A stretch of DNA of 64,000 nucleotides from Paraspadella gotoi (GCA_051294375.1 JBJCIZ010000239.1:4905581-4969580); one strand, 5' to 3'; counted from the first letter of the stretch, positions 1-12,175 are shown. Notes: generated by a model not told the origin, from the letters alone. Program-made: numbers and translations.

Positions 1-230
1 ACCAGCCAATCACGAGTTATTGGAGCTTTTTGCTAAGGTGGGATGGATTGATTGACGGGACGGACGGACGGACGGACGGACGGACATCGTTTTTTTTTTG
101 CATAATTTATCATAATTCGATGTTCTGACATGATATAAGTGTGTGCCGACAATATTGAGGGGGCGGACCGACGGACCGACAAAGTGAGTTATAGAGTCGG
201 GATCTGCTGATAAGCAGATCTGACTAAAAA
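1..230 (-). mobile_element. Helentron-associated non-autonomous element (HINE/DINE-1-like), 5' part
   Basis: Has the 5' terminal palindrome GTCGGGATCTGC-TGATAA-GCAGATCTGAC-TAAAAA and a (GGAC)n microsatellite; near-identical to 7019-7245. Confidence 0.7.
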
Positions 231-240
231 GTGGATAGGA

Positions 241-436
241 CGATGCACCACTGTTGGAGGCGGATTTATGATGGGAAGGTGGCTCACGTCAGGTGGTATT
301 GAGATCGCATCGGGGTCTCCCACGTCGTCCTCCAAACTGAGTCTGAGCGGGCGGCGCAGTCGACAGAAGCAATAGTCATATCGTATGGATCTATGAGATA
401 TGAGAAGCACACAATTTGACAGGGAGACGCTGACCA
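241..436 (-). mobile_element. Duplicate of PBS and partial 5' LTR of the decayed LTR element, cut by an assembly gap
   Basis: Near-identical to 7256-7450 (CGATGCACCA-C-TGTTGGAGG...); N gap at 437-461. Confidence 0.65.
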
Positions 437-1915
437 NNNNNNNNNNNNNNNNNNNNNNNNNCGATACGCGGAGTAAATTTAAGCAATACCCAACTACAGA
501 TATAATGATTTGCTTTCTCTTTCGTCAGGGTTGATATTTATTAAAAAAAAATTACTTTTTTTTTTTTATTAAAAGAAATTGGATGTTTCCACTTTAATTT
601 CTTTCTCGTAGCCTTCTTTTACCCGAAAACCTCTTCACTTGTCCTCAATCATAATCGTTTCACAGGGAAAGATCGGCCGTCTGAACTGTAGTTTTTACGG
701 AATCCAAGGATTTTCTTTACGAATTTATTGTACAACACTTATTTCCCCATTTATTTACTTCTACAAGAATAAACATATTTACGATTTATTCGTCATTTAT
801 ATCTCTTTGAGATTTAGAAAACCTTGCTCCCTGTTACAGCCAGTTCATCCGACGGCCGACGCCTCAACGCGTGACCCTCGACAGTAAAAACTACGCAAAC
901 CGCCTCGTGGACTCGCCGTTCAACAAAAAAAAATATTTTAAATTCCTCTTCTCGAAATTCCTCGTTTGATTCTTTAAAAAAATGGAATAAAAACAAAATT
1001 TTTTTTCGCGAAAATGCCGCGAAGTCGATGGCAAAGTCGATGGCAAGTGTGGTTAGCTCACAGAGACAGGCCACAGCATGACGAAGTGACTGACCAACTG
1101 AAATGAGTCAGTTCTAAGACGTTGGAACGAAGGTGATTAGCGGAGGTGATTAAGTCGCAGGGAAGGTGATTCGTTTAACGTTAAGATGATTGTTTATTTG
1201 TTTAACCAATTTAGAAATAACTCAGATTCGATTAGAGATGAATTGATTGGTTGGCAGATTTTATTGATTGGTTAGAAACATTAACGAGTTCATTTAGTTT
1301 TGTTTCAACACTTTCTTAATGTAGTTTACATTTGTTGATTAATAAAAAACGAGTTTTTAATTGATAAAAGATTCTATTTGAATCGAGATTCAAAAGTCGA
1401 TGGTAAAGTCGATGAAAAAATCGCCGACAAAGTCGCCAACAAAGTCACCGGCGAATTCGGAGCATTTCGGCGGCGTGGAGATTTTCTATTTTTGTCATAT
1501 CCAAATCTCCGTCGTTGTATAGGGGTTGGAGAGGCAGGTGAAGAGCAACGGGCTTTTTTTGAATTTGCTTTTCAAGAGTTTTAGTTTTTATCAATCATGA
1601 TTCTTTTAACTTCAGTTAAATTTTGTTTTAATTCTACATCGCTCACTAATCCACGAATTTCTTCAAAGATTATCTTTGGGTGGCTAGTATTTACGACTGA
1701 TGGAAGAATTATTAATTGTAGACAAATCAAAACAAAGCATTTAAGAGCAATTAAAATTTTTGTTGTTGAAAGGCGTGTTTACAAGATGGTTACATATTTT
1801 TACTCTGTTACTGGAGAAAGCGATGCCTTTTTATTCGTGTACAATTGTTTAGTTACGTTTAAGATCGATAGAATCATTTGTTTTCGTTGAATATCTGAAT
1901 AGGGTTCCGTTAACC

Positions 1916-2561
1916 TAGGACTAAGCTCTGACGAACAAAGCCCGAGGTTTTTTATAAATATAGAAAATATTAACCAAAATCTTTTGAAAATTCAACCCTT
2001 TTTTGGAAGATTTTCGCCATAGAAGATTTTTCCCGAATCTGACTCCCGGTTGAAAACTCTTAGAATTCCGATCATTAGCTCCTCTTTTACTTTTACTTTA
2101 AATAAAAATTTCACCAAAATGGACTAATTCACTTTACCATGATCGTATCATATCAAATAACCTAATAAAATGTAAATGAAAAATTTTGGAGGCCCTTCAG
2201 ATACTTGCCAAAGGATTCCAAAATTGGACCTCATTTATTGAACAGGAACATACCTCAGTCACGTTTATATCGTTTTCAAGGAAAAAAATCCCTTCATTTC
2301 TTACTATAAAATCAAGAGATGGAAAATTTTTTCGTCCAGAAGCAATCTATTTGTTCTGGCTTGTTTGATTCAAGATGTTGATGATTTGACAAGAGAAAAA
2401 AATGCGGCCCTTCAGATGAACAGGATCGGAATCAAGTGTTTTTACATTGATATTTTATCAGAATTTTTCCAGGAGCGTTTATATTGTTTGGTAGTCAGAT
2501 TTGAACGAAAATCTCCATTGAAAAAGTCTTCCTCGATCTCTAAGAACGACGTAGACTCCTA
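1916..2561. mobile_element. Non-autonomous DNA transposon family A (TAGGA...TCCTA, 7-bp TSD)
   Basis: Flanked by the direct repeat GTTAACC (1909-1915, 2562-2568); second full copy at 25428-26152. Confidence 0.8.
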
Positions 2562-2613
2562 GTTAACCGTTAATTTTTAAGGAACTTCGATTAACCGTTA
2601 AAAGTAACGTTTT

Positions 2614-2916
2614 TAGGGACTAAGTTCTGACGAACAAAGCCAGAGCTTTTTTTAATATATTCTTATATTGTTAATATTAAGTTTCAAAAAAATCCGACCA
2701 TAAATATAGAAAATATTAACCAAAATCTTCGGAAAATCCACCCCTTATTTGGAAGATTTTCGCCATAGAAGATTTTTCCCAAATCTGACTCCCGGTTGAA
2801 AAACTCTTAGAATTCCGATCGTTAGCTCTCTTTTACTTTTACTTTAAATAAAAATTTCACCAAAATGGACTAATTCACTTTACCATGATCGTATAATATT
2901 AAAATAACCAAATAAA
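2614..2916. mobile_element. Truncated family A copy
   Basis: Starts TAGGGACTAAGTTCTGACGAAC and matches 25428-25755; abuts the gag remnant. Confidence 0.7.
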
Positions 2917-2917
2917 G

Positions 2918-3532
2918 AAGGCGGTCGTCCGACATGGTGGCTCCAGTAAAGGCTACTGATTTTTTCAGATTTGAGTTACCAGAATCCTCTTCTTGATGTA
3001 TTTGGACACGCAAGGCAATACTTTTTGCTGCATTGATTGTGCGCGAATCTTCGTTACAGCCTAAATCAATGGCATCCCGGTATGGCTTAGGCAGAGCTCT
3101 TCGGAATCTGAAAAACAGCTCCGGCTCTCGCATCTACACCCAAGTCTTTTTCATATTTGTTAACTTTCTTAATAATCCTTGCAGCCAAATGAGCATGGAC
3201 TCTTTGCCATCCCATTCAACTGTAGATTTCTTAGCTTGCAAACGGTATGCCTCTTGAGGATCATTTAATAAGGTGATCATTTTGGCTTTAACCTGATCAT
3301 AAGTTCTATCAGGAATCATTTTAAATACTTCGTGAGCTGGATCATCCAACTTCAAAGGCAGCCAATGAAGGCATAATTCATGCTTTCTAACTTCGGTAGA
3401 GGCTGATGTAGCCAAAGCAACAGCTTTCTCAAAGAGCTCAATCCATTCCTCGAAATCATCGTTCTCGGAATCAAACTTGTCCACAGGAAGGGACGAAGCT
3501 GCTTTCTCACGAATGGTACTAGCGGTGCCCAT
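2918..3532 (-). pseudogene. gag: Retrotransposon Gag (capsid-like), frameshifted and truncated
   Basis: LPVDKFDSENDDFEEWIELFEKAV...WLPLKLDDPAHEVF...TYDQVKAKMITLL, continuing as ELFFRFRRALPKPYRDAI (ORF 2870-3133); typical Gypsy gag N-terminal pattern. Confidence 0.7.
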
Positions 3533-3639
3533 ATTGAGGTTATATAAAAGGTGAGAGGTATATGGTAACAAACAATCAAAGCGAACAGAATGATCAAGAG
3601 CAAATTGGTATAGTTTGAAGGGAACAAATCACTCAAGCT

Positions 3640-4432
3640 CTGTCAAACAGAGGATGAGTCATTGGGAAATCTGTAATGTCGTATGAAAGTAGTGAGTGTC
3701 TTGGGCGGACCCTGAGTGTTATGTACGGCAACATCTCTTGAAGATAGTTTGGTATTGGGCATAAAGCGATTCGGTACTTCTTATAATATAATTGTTAATT
3801 TCCAGACGAGTTTTGGGGTGATCAAGAAGGTAGAGGCCAATTTTGAGCTAAAGGACCTGAAGATCTCGGAATTGTTAAGAGTGAAGGTGTTAGATTCAAA
3901 ATCAGCTTCAGGGTGATCGAAGGAGAAACACTCGATCTTGAGACAAGCTGGAGCAGGACACAACTTGTATGAAACTTTTAGGGCAACAATAAGTTCTACT
4001 TGTCGAAGGAATTGTTCAGTCACCTGGCTGACACGAATAGTCCAATTCGTAGACAGGAATGTTGCAGCTAAAGGTTATGTCATCAATAATGACCTCAAAT
4101 GAGTAATTTTGAAGTCAGGATAAAGAGGAATGCGTTTCTCGATAAGTCGATCAATTCTCCATCTGATTGACGCAATTTAGTGTAATGATCTGCCCAATCT
4201 CAGTGTTAAATTCCACTATCCAAGACCCACTGATTATAAAGTTGTACTTGGTCGTCAAATGGTCTTCTATGTGCGAGGGAATGTTATTTAGCGTTTTCTC
4301 TAAGTATTCGTAAAATCTATTTTCGCATTGAATCGCACGTGAAATTTGAGGTTGGGTCCGGGCTTGTGCTTTTTCTCGTTGAACCCCAACAGCAAGGGTT
4401 TGCAATCTCCAAATACTCTCTCGCTTTCCCAA
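3640..4432 (-). pseudogene. Decayed accessory ORF upstream of gag, unknown product
   Basis: ORF pieces 4151-4432 and 3781-4023 read as globular-protein-like sequence joined by frameshifts and stops; same strand as gag, inside the LTR element. Confidence 0.4.
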
Positions 4433-5338
4433 GAGTGATGAGGTGTAAAAAGTAAATTAGCAGCGAAATTTAAAGTTCCAACATAAAGTAGTAAAATAAA
4501 GATTTGGTGAGAGAAAGTTGAATAAAAACGTTCGCAAGGAATAAAAATTTGTAGAGAATAAAATGGTGTAAAAATGTCTTTATAAAAATGATTGAGAAAA
4601 AGTTCGAAAGTTTATATTTTAATAAAACAGTTCATGAAATGACAGAGGTGTCAGAATACAGGTTCAGCACTTCTTGCATCGAAGAGAAATCAAATTAAAA
4701 GACACCAATCGTCCATGGAACTTCCAGACGGTGTGTAAAATCCCGTTGTCCTGATCGCCGGGGCTGGTCAAGCCAACCCCTTTTCTTGTCCTTGGAAGTG
4801 GGGAATCGACTCGCAAGGATGTCCACAGAAACTTTGGGGTGAAAATAATATATGGAATATGAGGGTATTAGGGGAGCACCTGCTATTTGTAGAGCGGACT
4901 TGCAAATAAACCGGTGGAGTCGTGCCACACGAAGAGATGGTTGATCAGGCCGATCTCCTCCGAGCCTGTAGTCAAGTATTCCAAATAATACCACGTGACA
5001 AAGATGTTACTGGCAATTGCGAGAGCTTGCCTTCTTTACAACGTCGAAGCCGTTGGACTGCGCGACGGACACTCCAAAAGGCCAACCAAGTCTCAAGCGC
5101 CGCAGTATCTGGTTCCAGGACAAGGCTCGGTCGAAATCCACGGAGAAAATGATATTGAAATGAAAAGAACCAAATAACTTCACAGTCTAGCTGAACACAA
5201 GGCTATCAAACAGCAGGACTGCTTATGGTAAACAGTCTCCAATCCACAGTGCTTCAGAGTTGATCCGAAGAACTTGTGGGTAACGAAGCACGCTTCAGAG
5301 AAAGTAAGCGTGTGAACTGTCGACAGTGGGTGCTCCAC

Positions 5339-6274
5339 AAAACAAGTTTGAGCAAACAATGTCGGATCTGCCTACGATAATTAATTAATTAATCGATTAA
5401 TTAATTAATTTTTTAAATGTAATAATTAATTTTAAATTATATTCAACTTATCATCATCGATGTCCTTAAAATTGGTTAGGACAGTTATTAAATATGTTTT
5501 GTTTACATTTTATCAAAACCAACAATATCCTCTATTTTATTTAGTCTCCTTCTCTCTCTCTCTCTCTCTCTCTCTTTTTATGCAATTGCGACGATCTTTA
5601 TGCTTTTAAGATTTTTTTAACTTGCATCACTTTTTCACATTAATTTTCAAATAAATAATGGTTAAGCGACTATTAAATAATATGAAAATGAAAATAATTT
5701 TTAAATTTTGCTTATCAATTTTTTATAGATTCTGATAGAGCTTTAAAAGTTAGAATAAGGTTATTAATACAACTTTTTAAAATTTTTTTGTTTATTAATG
5801 AAAATTTAAAAAAATAAAATTCAGCCAATAATGATGATGATGATGATTTTTTAAGGTTTTTTCTATTTTTAACCAATTTATTGTCAAAATTTGAAAAAAA
5901 TTATAGTACTAACTTTCATTTAACTTTTAAGCTCTACAAGAACCCGTTCTTTAAAAAATCAAATTTTAATTTTTTTTTGTCATTTTGTATATATTAATAA
6001 ATATTTAAAGCTCAGTGCAACAACCCAATGAACTATTCAAAAAGTTACATTGAAAATCGATTTAGTAGTAGAAGGAAAAAAGAAATTTTTTGGGGAGAAC
6101 TAAGAGTTAAAAAGTGTTCAATTTTGGCCCGCTTACTAGATATATTGCATATGATTAAACAATGGTTATCGGAATAATAATTTTATCAATTTTATGTATT
6201 TTGTAAGTATTTTAAGTATTTTTATTCAGCGAGTAAAATAACAACTTTTTTATTCGCTAATTTTTTTATTCGGA

Positions 6275-6310
<36 letters not shown>

Positions 6311-7245
6311 GCAATTGCAACGATCCATTGCTCCATTTTTCTGCTTTCTCTCTCTCTCTCTCTTCTCTCTTTGCAATTGCGACGATCCTTATGCTCATTT
6401 TTCTGCTCTCTTTCTCTCTCTCTCTCTCTCTTTGCAATTGCGACGCATCCTTTATGCTTTTAGGATTTTTTTAAATTGCATCATTTTTTCACATTAATTA
6501 ATTATTAATTAAAACTTATTTAGTAATCATAAATTAGTAATCATAAATTAATAATTATAAAGATTCAAGTAAATGTGACTTATGTTTTTTTCCATTTAAA
6601 CTCATTTACAATGGCACAATTCCATCAAAACTTTATAATCTAGCTTCTTCACACCACTTTCCTACCCGCTCACAAAATTTCATTTCAATCTATTATGGGG
6701 TAAAATAAGTAAAAAGATTCAAGTAAATGTGACTCATATTTTTTTCATTTAAACTCATTTCCACTCGTACGTTTCCACCGAAACTTTATATCAAGGCATC
6801 GTTACACATTTTTCTACCACACACCAAAATTTGAACTCAATCTATCCATCCAATTATGATTAATTAGAGTACTTATTAGTTAAAAAAGTAAAAATATTTT
6901 AGTAAATGCACTTATGTTTTTTCCACTTAAACTCATTTCCACTCACACGATTTCGTCGAAACTTTATATCCAGCTTTATCACACACTTTCCTACCCACCA
7001 AAATTTCATTCCAATCCAACCAGCCAATCACGAGTTATTGGAGCTTTTTGCTAAGGTGGGATGGATTGATTGACGGACGGACGGACGGACGGACGGACGG
7101 ACATCGTTTTTTTGCATAATTTATCATAATTCGATGTTCTGACATGATATAAGTGTGTGCCCGACAATATTGAGGGGGCGGACCGACGGACCGACAAAGT
7201 GAGTTATAGAGTCGGGATCTGCTGATAAGCAGATCTGACTAAAAA
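5339..7245 (-). mobile_element. Complete HINE/DINE-1-like element (~1.9 kb)
   Basis: Minus strand: TTTTTAGTCAGATCTGC...GCAGATCCCGAC 5' palindrome, (GTCC)n, ~150-bp internal tandem repeats, 3' subTIR GCAGATCCGAC, GTTTG-CT-CAAAC stem-loop and T-run; inserted in an A/T run with no TSD. Confidence 0.75.
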
Positions 7246-7255
7246 GTGGATAGGA

Positions 7256-7265
7256 CGATGCACCA
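7256..7265 (-). promoter_or_regulatory. Primer-binding site, tRNA-Gly-like (TGGTGCATCG)
   Basis: 1 nt after the LTR end CCAACA; complementary to the ...CGAUGCACCA 3' end typical of tRNA-Gly. Confidence 0.55.
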
Positions 7266-7266
7266 C

Positions 7267-7478
7267 TGTTGGAGGCGGATTTATAGGGAAGGTGGCTCAC
7301 GTCAGGTGGTATTGAGATCGCATCGGGGTCTCCCACGTCGTCCTCCAAACTGAGTCTGAGCGGGCGGCCGCAGTCGACAGAAGCAATAGTCATATCGTAT
7401 GGATCTATGAGATATGAGAAGCACACAATTTGACAGGGAGACGCTGACCAAAAACTATGTATTCTGCGTATTCTGACA
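7267..7478 (-). repeat. 5' LTR (212 bp) of the decayed element
   Basis: TGT...ACA termini, adjacent PBS. Confidence 0.65.
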
Positions 7479-8386
7479 CTTATCATTTATACATATAAAG
7501 CACGATACTCATTTATCTGAAATGTAAACAATAACAAATAAGGTAAATAAAAGCAATCATTATTTATATTTTTATTGAAGAACAGTTCCTTAATTGTTCG
7601 TAGCAAATTGTTCTTCATCTCGAGTCCTTCGATGTCCGCACGAATTTGTTTCCAACAACAATCGCAAAATAAAATTTTTCTTTATTTATAAATTAATTTT
7701 CTTTTCTCAAATTTGATTTTTTTAGTATCAAAATTTGTCGTCAATCCAGATTTTTCTTATTGAATTGCTTATAAGATTTTTTATCACGTGACTGTAGTTC
7801 TACGTCCCCACTCATACCTCAGTATTTCATGAGTTGAATTTCAGATCATGTGATTACCATCAAAGGAAATGGATCTGATAGACCAAATGGTTTAATGTGA
7901 TCCCGTGACTGCACGTTAAAGTTCTTATGCCATAAGTTATGGTACTTTTCCTTTCTACTAATTATGAATACAAGTATTACCCGAGTTATGAGCCTTTTAA
8001 CGTAAATGGGATAGACCGACGGACAGACATACCGACCGACGAACCGATAAAAAATTGACTTATTGGGTTGCTCCGCCCAACTAAAAACGATCTAATTATT
8101 CGTCACCTATTATCTGCTTAGCTAATTAGCTAAATTATTGTGGGCAGACCCGACATTGTTTGATCATACTTGATTTTACAGGATATCAATACCAGTGGAA
8201 GATCGAAGAAGCAGAAAAGAATCTCCTCCGAACTCACACAACGGCCGTTTCGGCGAGGATGCTTTACCAACTGGCCCAGGTCCCACTCAATTTTTTTCTG
8301 TAAAACTGAAAGGAGAATTGTTTTTATTTTTTTCGTTGCGTTTGAATTTGAGGCAGAAATATCGAAAATCCTTTTGTTGACAAATG

Positions 8387-9248
8387 TTTTTAGTCGGATC
8401 TGCTTATCAGCAGATCCCGACTCTCTAATTCACTTTGTCGGTCCATCGGTCCACCCCCTCAATATTGTCGGGCAGTCACTTATATCATGTCAGAACATCG
8501 AATTATGATAAATTATGCAAAAAAAAACGATGTCCGTCCGTCCCACCTTAGCAAAAAACACCAATTACTCGAGATTGGATGGATGGATTTGAATAAAATT
8601 TTGTGTGTGGATAGGTAAGTGTGTGAATGAGCTGGATATGAAGTTTCGATGGAATCGTCCAAGTGGAAATGAGTTTAAATGGAAAAAACAAAAAAATATA
8701 ATTCACTATTTGAACAACAATTGCTCATGAGTGGATTGGCTGATTGACCTGGAATTTTGTATGTGGGTAGAAAAGTGTGTGATTGAACAGGAAATCAAGT
8801 TTCGATGGAATAGTTTGAGTGGAAATGAGTTTAAATGGAAAAAAACAAAAAACCTGTTTCACTAATTGATTATGCTTCTTTTTCCTTTTATATTAAATGT
8901 ATATGCAGGATGTATTAATAAATCAAATAATTAATCAGTTAATTAATCAATTAGTAAATAAATTAATCAATAATTAATTAATTAGTCAATCAATCCGTCC
9001 ATCCATCCCACCTTAGCAAAAAGCTCCAATAGCTCGTGATTGGCTGAGTGAGAGAAGGAGACATAAAATAAAATAGAGGATATTTGTTTGTTTTGATAAA
9101 ATGTAAACAAAACATTTAATAACTGTCCTGACTCAATTTTAAGGACATCGATGATGACAAGCTGAATATAATTTATAATTAATTATTAAAATTAATTAAT
9201 TAATTAATTATCGTAGGCAGATCCGACATTGTTTGCTCAAACTTGTTT
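8387..9248 (+). mobile_element. Complete HINE/DINE-1-like element
   Basis: TTTTTAGTCGGATCTGCTTATCAGCAGATCCCGAC start; GGCAGATCCGACATTGTTTGCTCAAACTTGTTT end. Confidence 0.8.
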
Positions 9249-9364
9249 ATTTGTCGCCAAGGTGTCGACAAATTTTAGAAACAATTTCCCATCTAAATCT
9301 TGTCGTCGTCTTGTCCTGTCATTTTTTATACGGTGTAATTAAAAATTCTTCACTAAATATTAAA

Positions 9365-9742
9365 AAAACTACAAGGAGCTAGGAGCTAAGCTATCTCTAA
9401 TCACTTAGCCACCTAATGCTACAATTTCTTTTACTGAGAAAGATTTAAATATTGTCCTCAACTTTATTTTAGATAATGTTTTTGTCAAATTTGGCTCCTT
9501 AATATATAAACAAACATTAGGAAGATATTGCCAATATGTTGTTATTTTATTTTGAATCAACATATATGGAAAATAGGTCAAAAAATAATTTAGGAATCGC
9601 TAGACAATTTAAAAATTGCTCAAGATATATTGATGACCTTTTTTCAGCCGATTTTAAGGATTTTAAAATCTATCTCGCCAACATATATCCAGCAGCACTT
9701 ACTGTCAATAAATCTAATAGTACAGATACAAATGTAGATTAT
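9365..9742 (+). pseudogene. Penelope-like element reverse transcriptase fragment (core)
   Basis: LNFILDNVFVKFGSLIYKQTLG then (frameshift/deletion) FKNCSRYIDDLFSADFKDFKIYLANIYPAALTVNKSNSTDTNVDY; the YIDD catalytic motif sits in PLE-type context. Confidence 0.75.
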
Positions 9743-10181
9743 ATAGTCAAAAAAATATAAAGCTAGCATTTTTACTGTTGGGACAGGCTAACTATACCAA
9801 TATGGGGGTATGGAATCTGATGGTAAGGTTAAAAACCGTCACAAACCTCGATATCGCTTGACTACCGGGCCCTGAATGAGCATTTTTTCGAATTTCCAAT
9901 AATTTTTGTCGTTTATTATTATCCAACTGAAATAAACAATAATTAATTAGTTTTTTATTCTTTTTTTACTCATTTTAAAGTACAATTAATGATTATACTT
10001 TAATATTTTTTTCGTTCTTAGCCCTGAAACGAGGATAATACCTCAAAAAAAGGTTATTTTTTAAATTTTGCTGAAAATTTTATTTTGATTTTTTTGTAAT
10101 CACTAATTTTAAATTTTAAAATATTTTATTCAGAATGGTTTGTTTTGGCAATGGTAAAGTTTTATATTTCTTAATAGTAAA

Positions 10182-10220
10182 TTATGGACATGTTTCGAAG
10201 TCATATCTTCATCAGCGTAA
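10182..10220 (-). ncRNA. Minimal type I hammerhead-ribozyme-like motif
   Basis: Minus: TTACG-CTGATGA-AGATATGACTTC-GAAAC-ATGTC-CATAA. Confidence 0.45.
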
Positions 10221-10363
10221 ATTAAAAAATTTTGGAGACATGGTTAATATTGGTTATGCATACATAGTTAGTTATGTATTAAATTTTATTTTGTTCATAT
10301 AAAATTTTAAGAGAAAGCAAAGTTTTGAAATTTTTACAACGATTTTATTTTTTAAAAGACACG

Positions 10364-10401
10364 GACATGTTTCGGCTAACTATTTTCAAGCCTTCATCAG
10401 C
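10364..10401 (-). ncRNA. Minimal type I hammerhead-ribozyme-like motif
   Basis: Minus: CTGATGA-A-GGCT-TGAAAATAGTT-AGCC-GAAAC-ATGTC; stem II GGCT/AGCC; stem I weak. A degenerate inverted copy lies at 10696-10731. Confidence 0.5.
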
Positions 10402-11355
10402 TTTTGACAATCATTGAAAATGTTGTGTAAAAGAAGAGTGTGAGAGAGAGAGGGTAAAAGTTTTCCAACAAAGTGATGAGACAGAAAAGTGGTCAGATGT
10501 GAGGAATGGTTGAAGGTAAGGACAGATTGAGTGAGTTGTGAAAAGAAGTGAAACTTGTTAGAGAGAGAGAGAGAAACAACAGGGATAAATAAATAATAGA
10601 TACATTTTTGCTATGTAAAAAACTTTTACCTTCTTTTTCTCTCTCTCTCTCTCACACACTCTTCTTTTGCACAAAATTTTCAATGATTGTCAAAAGCTGA
10701 TGGTTTGAAAATAACAAGCCGAAACATGTCCGTCTCTCTTAAAAAATAAAATCATTGTAAAAATTTCAAAACTTTGCTTTCTCTAATATTAAAAAACAAC
10801 GAAAAAGAAAGGATAATCACATCATAAAAAATTCTATATACATAGCGTCAGCGGATACGAGGATCCGCCTCCCGTACTTCACCGTTCTCTCTCCCCCTCT
10901 CTCTCTATCCCCAAACTCTCTCTCTCCCATTCGATCGAAGGAGGAGCGCAGAGCGGGCGAATCATGGGGCAAGAACTGGGACCAGGGCAGAGGGGACGTT
11001 GCATGGGCCGAGGGAGTAGAGAAACTAGAAACTCATGATTGTAAAAGCAGCCCTCGGCCCGAATGGTTGAATTTATGCTCTAACTTGTGATTCTTAATAC
11101 TTCGCTAATTCTGTACATAAGTAAATAAATTTGTGTTTCCTCTTGCAATTTTATTCATCAAACGACGATAAATTGCTAAGATAGCTTACACTTACAGATA
11201 TAAAGATTATATTGTAATAATCCTTTTTTTTTAATGCGCGAGTTGTTAAAAAATAGCGAAAATTTAGGTTGTCAATAAAATTAAAAATAAAAACAAATCG
11301 TTGTGAACCTCAAATTTTCTCTAATAATTAAATTAAATTTCTTAAAAGCTTTTAA

Positions 11356-12175
11356 GAGGAAAGGTCATTCAGCATAACAATACGTAATCATTGATTGTGT
11401 AGAGCTAATATATCGAGAAATACATTATAGTCATCAGTAATCACAAAGAAATAAGTTCTTATTTATTTGTGTTCATTCTGTTTTCAATAATTTTTTTTAA
11501 ATGGGTAAATAACAAAATTGTTAAGTTAAATGGGTAAGCACATTTTTTAAAGATTTGTTTTTCATCTGGTTGTTAAAAAATTCTAGGTAAGAAGTTAAAA
11601 CACGGTATGGGATAGTTTAGAAGGGGAGAATTAAACAATTAATCTGTTACTCTGTTGGTTTTCCAGTCATGAACAAAATCTTCAGTTAAATAGATGGTAA
11701 AGAAATTCGAGCTACAATGAATCTACACTGAATTTGAAGAGTTGCAGCCTAAACGACTGCAATAATATTGAATTAAAAATTTGATTAGCAATCTTAAAAA
11801 CATTTGTAAAAATGTAATAGAGAGACATTTTGATAAACGCGTTCCAGTTAGAAAGAATTCAGGGTTAAAGTTTAAAAACGTTTGATTTTCAAGGATACAA
11901 GTTGAAATTTAAAAATGTCTCTCTATTACATTTTCTAATTCAGTAATAAAGAATTCATAAAAAATATCAGATGGATTGGCCTTTTCGTTTGACCTGCAAC
12001 TCTTCAGTATGGTTTCTTTTTATTTTATATTATAAATTAAAACCGAATATAAAATAGGGTAGAATGCATCAAATGCATAAAGTGAAATACATTTTCGGAA
12101 TCGCCAGGAGCTCGCTTTCTGAATTTGTACTCACATTTTAGCCTATTTTGAAGTTGAATTGAATGACCCTTTTTC
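11356..12175 (+). mobile_element. Kolobok/Sola3-like non-autonomous DNA transposon (TTAA TSD)
   Basis: TTAA|GAGGAAAGGTCATTCA ... TGAATGACCCTTTTTC|TTAA; inverted second copy at 13301-14207. Confidence 0.7.

Larger units (their letters stand above)
2917..7478 (-). mobile_element. Decayed, 3'-truncated Ty3/Gypsy-like LTR retrotransposon (5' LTR, PBS, leader, extra ORF, gag) interrupted by a HINE
   Basis: 212-bp LTR TGTCAGAAT...CCAACA (7267-7478) followed by PBS TGGTGCATCG; GC-richer internal sequence resumes at 5338 after the HINE; gag-like ORF at 2918-3532. Confidence 0.65.

Noticed and set aside
1075-1125. Hammerhead-like CATGACGAAG-GACTGAC...GTCAG hairpin
   Set aside because: Both core boxes are broken (no CTGANGA, no GAAA).
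2186-2562. Short ORFs recurring in family A copies (also 25905-26153)
   Set aside because: Frames are not preserved between copies; treated as non-coding repeat sequence.
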